From contig OZ024741.1 of the NCBI GenBank assembly GCA_964016885.1, positions 275,776,001-275,840,000 on the forward strand: a stretch of 64,000 bases of DNA. The letters run 5' to 3'. Position 1 is the stretch's first letter, and each line of letters begins with the position of its first letter. This document shows positions 62,401 to 64,000 of this stretch, piece by piece. The DNA is from Eledone cirrhosa (Eukaryota). The notes below the pieces were generated by a model. It did no database searches. It was given only the letters and a program-made list of their open reading frames with translations, and had not been told where the DNA came from. The position numbers and the translations under genes were made by a program.

Positions 62401-64000
62401 CATCATTCCAGCCTCTCCCTGCATGAAAGATCAAAAATGCAGCACACATTATCCTACAGCTTTTATTCGGGAAACTCGGACTGACAATAGATACCCCCTT
62501 TATCGTAGGCGTAGACCAGAACATGGAGGCAATACTGTAAGCCTAACAGTTCGAGGAGAGGAGCTGACCATAAACAATAAGTGGGTCGTCGCACACAACA
62601 AATTGTTGTGTAAACTTTTAAAAGCTCATATCAATGTTGAGTATTGCAGCTCCATCAAGGCAATCCTATATGTCACAAAATATATCAACAAGGGCAGTGA
62701 CATGGCTACCTTTATTACTGACAAAGAACTCAATGATGGTGGGCTAGATGAGGTAAAACGGTATCAAACAGGTCGATACATCTACAGCAATGAAGCTATC
62801 TGGCGAATCTTTGGATTTGATATCCACCAACGCCACCCAACAGTGGTCAACCTCGCAGTCCATCTGGAAAAGGGACAGAGAGTGTACTTCACTGAGATCA
62901 CTGTTCATCAGTTGGCACAAGCATCACATGACACTACACTAACTGCTTTCTTTAAACTCTGCCAGAATGATGAATTTGCTCGACCCCTCCTATATGCTGA
63001 AGTCCCAACATACTACACCTGGACCAATTGCAAGACCTGGAATCGAAGGAAGCAGGGTCATTTAGTGGAAGGTGTTTACAATGTCCATCCCAACAACAGA
63101 GAATGTTTTTATTTATGGCTACTTCTGCATATTGTTCGAGGACCAACGTCATTTGAGGATCTTAGGTGCTTCAGAGGAAGGGAGTGCGCAACATACCAAG
63201 AAGCATGTAAACAGCATGGACTCCTGCATGACAATGGACACTGAAAGAAGTGCCTAGAAGAAACAGCAATCATTCAAGTAGCCAGTCAAATAAGACAATT
63301 ATTTGTTATTATGCTCACAGCATGTGGAATTGAAGCTCATCTACTCTGGCAGGAGTACAAAAACAATATGTCAGACGACTATCTACACCTAGCCCGAAGA
63401 CATCATGACAATATGTATATGGAATATACCCCCAGGATTTACAATCAAGCTCTCTGTGACCTGTCCCATCGAGTTCAGGCAATAAATATCACATTAGCTA
63501 ACTGCGGGATGCCAGAGCCAGATGAAGAAATGGAGGTAGCACAAGACATTTTTCAGGAGACAAACTACGATATTCAAGCATTGCGTAAGTTTGTGGATGA
63601 AAATGAACCTCGATTGATAGATGACCAGAAATACGCCTACCACAACATCATTGAAAACATTCAAAATGACAGGGCAGGACTTTTCTTCATCGATGCTCCT
63701 GCTGGCACAGGCAAGACATTCCTCATAAACCTCCTGCTTGCAAAAGTTCACCAAAAACAACATATTGTCCTTGCTGTGGCTTCAAGTGGCATTGCAGCAA
63801 CACTTCTGGATGGAGGAAGAACTGCATACTCCATGTTTAAGCTGCCCATAGATCTCACACAGCATGAACAATCTTTTTGCAACATCAAGAACTCACCCAA
63901 GGGCAAGCTTCTGCAAACATGCAAGATGATAATTTGGGATGAACCTACTATGAGCCATAAAGGAGCAATTGAAGCTTTGGACCGGACGATAAGGGATCTG
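59437..64000 (+). mobile_element. Autonomous-type Helitron (5' end to helicase domain), runs out of the window
   Basis: 5' TCTCTATATATATAAA terminus like the small Helitrons, followed by RepHel coding sequence. Confidence 0.85.
60878..64000 (+). pseudogene. Helitron RepHel (HUH Rep + PIF1 helicase), disrupted
   Basis: Zn finger CQYC..CC; Rep motifs DLFITFTCN, IEWQTRGIPHSH and YVTKYINKG. After the TGA at 63242 homology continues to DAPAGTGKT, VASSGIAATLL and IIWDE. Confidence 0.9.

Noticed and set aside
63242-63244. Programmed readthrough of TGA in RepHel
   Set aside because: The position fits a Trp (TGG>TGA) mutation, and other lesions exist upstream near 60860.

Overview
Eukaryotic, repeat-saturated genomic DNA, most likely from an octopod cephalopod. 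This is inferred from Meta-domain tRNA-SINEs, RTE LINEs with (GAT)n tails and very dense (TA)n/(CA)n tracts. The only clearly intact host CDS is an uninterrupted STEAP-family metalloreductase (13285-14664, -). There are also candidate exons of two unidentified genes: 3080-3606 (-), which has an RFX X-box upstream, and 58833-58957 (-). The rest is mostly decayed mobile DNA: RTE, CR1/L2, Tx1 and CRE LINEs, Penelope-like elements (PLE; Naiad- and Neptune-type), a DD37D maT transposon, piggyBac-type MITEs, Helitrons, SINEs, and a 7.6 kb (GGT)-based compound repeat. The most notable hidden signal is about 17 type-I hammerhead ribozyme (HHR) motifs of about nine sequence families. They sit in short, mostly non-coding units at (TA)n tracts, often as long fold-back palindromes. 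One unit (6611-7420) shows a 447-nt circularly permuted monomer, resembling a retrozyme or PLE-mobilised circular RNA element. All ribozyme calls are by-eye motif and pairing assignments and are untested.
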